From Azolla caroliniana (taxonomy: Eukaryota; Plantae; Polypodiophyta), in contig JBHGNT010000002.1 of the NCBI GenBank assembly GCA_043228905.1, positions 21,762,001-21,826,000 on the forward strand: a stretch of 64,000 nucleotides of DNA. The letters are read 5' to 3'. The position numbers and the translations under genes were made by a program. Below the pieces are notes generated by a model. It ran no database searches. It was not told the DNA's origin and saw nothing but the letters and a program-made list of their open reading frames with translations. This document shows positions 60,300 through 64,000 of the stretch, piece by piece. Position 1 is the stretch's first letter; each line of letters begins with the position of its first letter.

Positions 60300-63200
60300 A
60301 TGAACGCTGGGCCTTCTGGTTTCCGTAAGTTCTGTTTTCCCTTTACTTCTCTTATTTTTGTTTCTTCCCTGTTTACGCCTTCGAACTTAATAGAGACCTA
60401 TGGCTTTTTTTTCTTTTCTTTTTTTCTCGATTTGATTGTTGATTTATCCTTAGATCCACTTAGGGTTTTGTGGGTCTATCTCAACTTATTTGCTGTTGAG
60501 TCGAAACACGAGAAAATAACTATTTTCCTTGATAAGGAAGAAACTAGCAAGTAGATGGCAATGATGATTACATCATTCTACTATCCGTATTGAATATACA
60601 GCAAGAAAAGGAAATTTCGAAACAGGAATGATAGAGTTGTGATGTCTCATGGAAATTTTCGAATGTGGAACTGATGGCCAGGATAATGTCTGGGCTGATG
60701 GGCAGGTTGATGAAAATTTCAAAGCATTGATAGATTTTAATTCTCGAAATGCAATATGGAGATATGTCATCATTTGAAAGCGCTGATTTCTACAAGTTTT
60801 AAAGTGATGTAGAGTGTATAAAATTTTATTCACCCCGAGTCTTGAACTCAATGAAAATTCTCTAGATCCAAAATCCCTTCTACAATTCTGGAGATGGCTA
60901 TGAAATATGAAGCAAACACCTCGAGTCACTTTTCAACATTGAGATATTTTACAAGAATTTGATTTACTGAATGTAACTACAAGAAAGCCGAAATGTTTGA
61001 AATTGGCAGATTTTTCTGTGTGTCCTTGGTTATGGCAGTTAAAGAATAATGACAGGATGTAAAGTTGTGTCAAGTAAAAAATTTATGAATATGTCAGTAT
61101 AACACAAGCTGAAGATATCTGTTTTTTGTGCATATGACATCATGCTGTTTCTATATCAAACAGAGAGGAAAATAGAGGGATTAAGATTTTCATACACCGC
61201 TGTAAACTGAGAAATATACCAATGTTCAGTGGCTTGATTACACATCATGTTTGGTTAACACGGGGCTTGGTTCAATGCATTGTTGGTTTTCTATTAATGT
61301 GCTACATAAGAGGAAAGCATGAATAAACAGGGATATATAGAGGAAAGAGTACTTAGAAAGATTGACTTTGTCAACAATGTATAAGTCCAAAGTGGGGATA
61401 TATAGACGAAAGACTACTCAGAAAGATTGACTATGTCAACAAATCTCTAAGGCCAAAGTGGACTGCGAGACCCAAAGAGTCATAATTCAGAAAAACAAAG
61501 CCCATCCAGCTGACCTTGTAATAAGATATTGGCTATGTCTGCTTAACTCAGAGAATAGTTGGCTATGTAACATTTGCCTCTACTTCTTGATTCAAAACCT
61601 ATGTGATCATAAGTAGATGCTACTTTTCCACTTGATGGATTGGAGGAGGCTTGTTCTCAATATTTTCTGCTGTTCTAGTAGTAGTCACGTTAACCTGAGG
61701 AAGCTCTTTGCTTTTTCTGTTGTTGACTGTGCTTCAGATGGATCACTTGATTGTTATGAGGCAGAATAACTGTTATTGACGTTTTACGTTCTAGGCAGAT
61801 ATAGGCAGTTATTCAATCTATTCATCCAAATCTTGTAAGTTATCCTCTGTGCATTTATTGCTTTCTGCTCATTGTGTGATGGTTAACCAGGTTTTACTCA
61901 CCCTTGCTGTATGTGAATTAGAGGCAGTACCTTGCTTATTCGCTGATTAGTACAGAATTATATTTGGTTTTTAGTCTCAGATGGTTCCGCAGACTCTTGG
62001 GTTCTTGTGTCCTTGGTGTTTAAGCTCCAAAGATGTGCAGTATTGCACTCTCTTTCCAAGCTCCGCAACCCTGTTTTCTTCCTGGGAAAAGTGGCCTTCG
62101 AGACTTTTCCATCATGCTCTGTATGTTGTTGTCTCTGTTGTCAGCAAGGATCATATACATGTTCCTTCAGGTTTCCCTTAACTGTAAATGCTAAGTTTCA
62201 GCACGAAAGAAAAAAACAGTGCCATTGCGAATTTGCAATGAAATATATATCCTTCTAGAATTCAGACCACCAGGATTAACTTATGGTGAAGTCTGGATTT
62301 GTCTAGGATCTAAATATTGAGAACTCACTCGCAACCTATACATCAATCGATTCACATGACGAACATGATGACTTATCACTTTACCATAATTGTTGTTCAT
62401 GTGATGGATTCCTCTACTTTTCCAACAATAATCGAAGTTCGTCCTCATATCCTGTATTACCTTTCATGCCCTCCTTTTTACAAACTTGTATTTTCTGCAT
62501 GCAGACTTACCTGTGGGTACCTGGGCATAATTCCACTTTTTGCATGTATGAGGATTTTGTGCCAGAATTTCCGGTTCATGGCTTACGACTCTGTTCACAT
62601 TCTCATGAAGTGTGGTCTGCTGCTAGTCTATTGCTTTTGTTATTCTGGCCAGCACACTAGTATGTCTGTCAAGGAGCACCTATTTAGTTCCAGCATAATT
62701 GGGTGTGTGGATTTCACTATGAAGGAGTTTCTTCAGACGTGGTCTTTGTTGTCACCACTACCTGATACACTAGAGGCACCGTGGCTATGTTGCCTTCTGA
62801 ACAGTAATCGTTCTAATAGAAATTTTTAACCCTGCAGCTATTAGTATTACTTTCTGGTATATTTGAAAGAGTTGTTGCATTCACTTTCTTGTGGTGAGAC
62901 TCTAGTCAATGTTGGTGAGCTCTACTGGATCATCAAGGGCAGGATTCAATTATATGCTTCTACTGGATCATCAAGGGCAGCAGATGAAAGAAGCCAAGCT
63001 TTCCTGTTTGTGTATTATCTAATTTGGCATTTGAATTTCTAGATATATGAGTAAATGAAGTTTGTGTAAAACATGAGATTCCTTTATCCTCTTAGCATGA
63101 AGATAGATCTCTGATTGTCTGCCGACAGACAATACCCCCGTTTACCATATCTTCAAGGGTAGAATAGAGACGAAGTCAGGCTTTCCTTGCATGATTTGGC

Positions 63201-63826
63201 TTGATTGGGAATCAAATTTAGCATTTATATTTTTACATATATGATTAAATGTACATTGTGTCAATTTTATGAATCCATTGCCCCCTTAGTATAGTATTAA
63301 GAAATATTTTCGGTTTTATGCTGACAGACAATGCCCCCGTGTCAAAGGTGGCAGTCGTAGCATGTGGCATTGCCTCAGTATTAGTGGGCACACAAAGAGG
63401 GGCAAAGGCTTGTTGTCTTTCTTACCAGGTCAGTATTCTCTCTCAAACAAATATTTTCAGATATATACAAAATGGCAAGGGTTCCTTATTTATAAGAAGC
63501 TAGAAACTCATCATTTTGTTCTGGATGAATCCCAGGATATAGTCAAGAAATATCAGTTTTGGCGGGTATTGACAGCACCTTGCATTTTCTCATCGACACC
63601 TGAGCTTATTTTTGGTCTATATCTTATATACTACTTCCGGATATTTGAGAGGCAAATTGGCTCGAATAAATATACGGTTTAAGTTTCTCATTGATTTTGA
63701 TTTACATTAAACATTATATTTTGAAACTAGCAACTGATTCTTGTTACTCCTCTTTCTAGGTATTTTTGGCATTCACCACGATACTGTCTACACTGTTAAA
63801 TTTAGTGTCTATTTATATTCTGAAAG
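60300..63826 (+). CDS. Rhomboid-like protein of the RBL18/RBL20 (UBAC2-like) group, first four exons: 60300-60324, 63328-63428, 63536-63676, 63760-63826; continues beyond the window
   Basis: Spliced reading [15 protein letters not shown]...LSYQDI...[29 protein letters not shown]. Confidence 0.88.
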
Positions 63827-64000
63827 GTACCTGCTCTCGCCTTGCTAGACATGTATATCTTCGTTACTATTCAAATTATTGTAGGAATGCAAAATGCAAG
63901 AAACAATGCAAGAAACAATATGCCAGAATTTTATGGCAAGAAACAATATGCAACGATTTCTAGATTATGCAACGATTTCTAGAAACAATATGAAACAATT

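Noticed and set aside
59724-60554. Long ORFs with poly-Ser, Arg, Lys and His-Thr tracts
   Set aside because: Translations of microsatellites.
62317-62829. 170-aa ORF inside RBL intron 1
   Set aside because: No recognisable domain and a non-ATG start; probably a chance open frame.

Overview
Nuclear DNA of a land plant, probably a non-seed plant (inferred from the TE families and an apparently unedited plastid codon). The first ~41.8 kb is a stack of nested mobile elements. The oldest layer is a decayed multi-gene DNA element: a transposase-like relic, two arrays of GATGCAnTGCATC palindromes, and an intron-containing ParB-like plus beta-class DNA amino-methyltransferase gene. A non-chromoviral Ty3/gypsy (B) inserted into it, and B carries an intact Tcn1/Tf1-like chromovirus (A) and an endonuclease-less Penelope-like element. 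That element has a hammerhead ribozyme, a -1 frameshift signal and a 125-bp flanking duplication. A Ty1/copia (D) also inserted into the old element. D carries a second gypsy (C) and a chromovirus relic (E), and E carries a young non-autonomous, apparently self-priming LTR element (F). A near-exact ~10.3-kb inversion (30478-40784) splits C, D and the methyltransferase gene. The remaining ~22 kb holds host genes (15-exon CCT6/TCP-1 zeta, an APO-domain gene, the first four exons of a rhomboid-like RBL18/20 gene), a plastid ndhA fragment and a 5'-truncated LINE. All calls are by-eye readings; no searches or folding programs were run.
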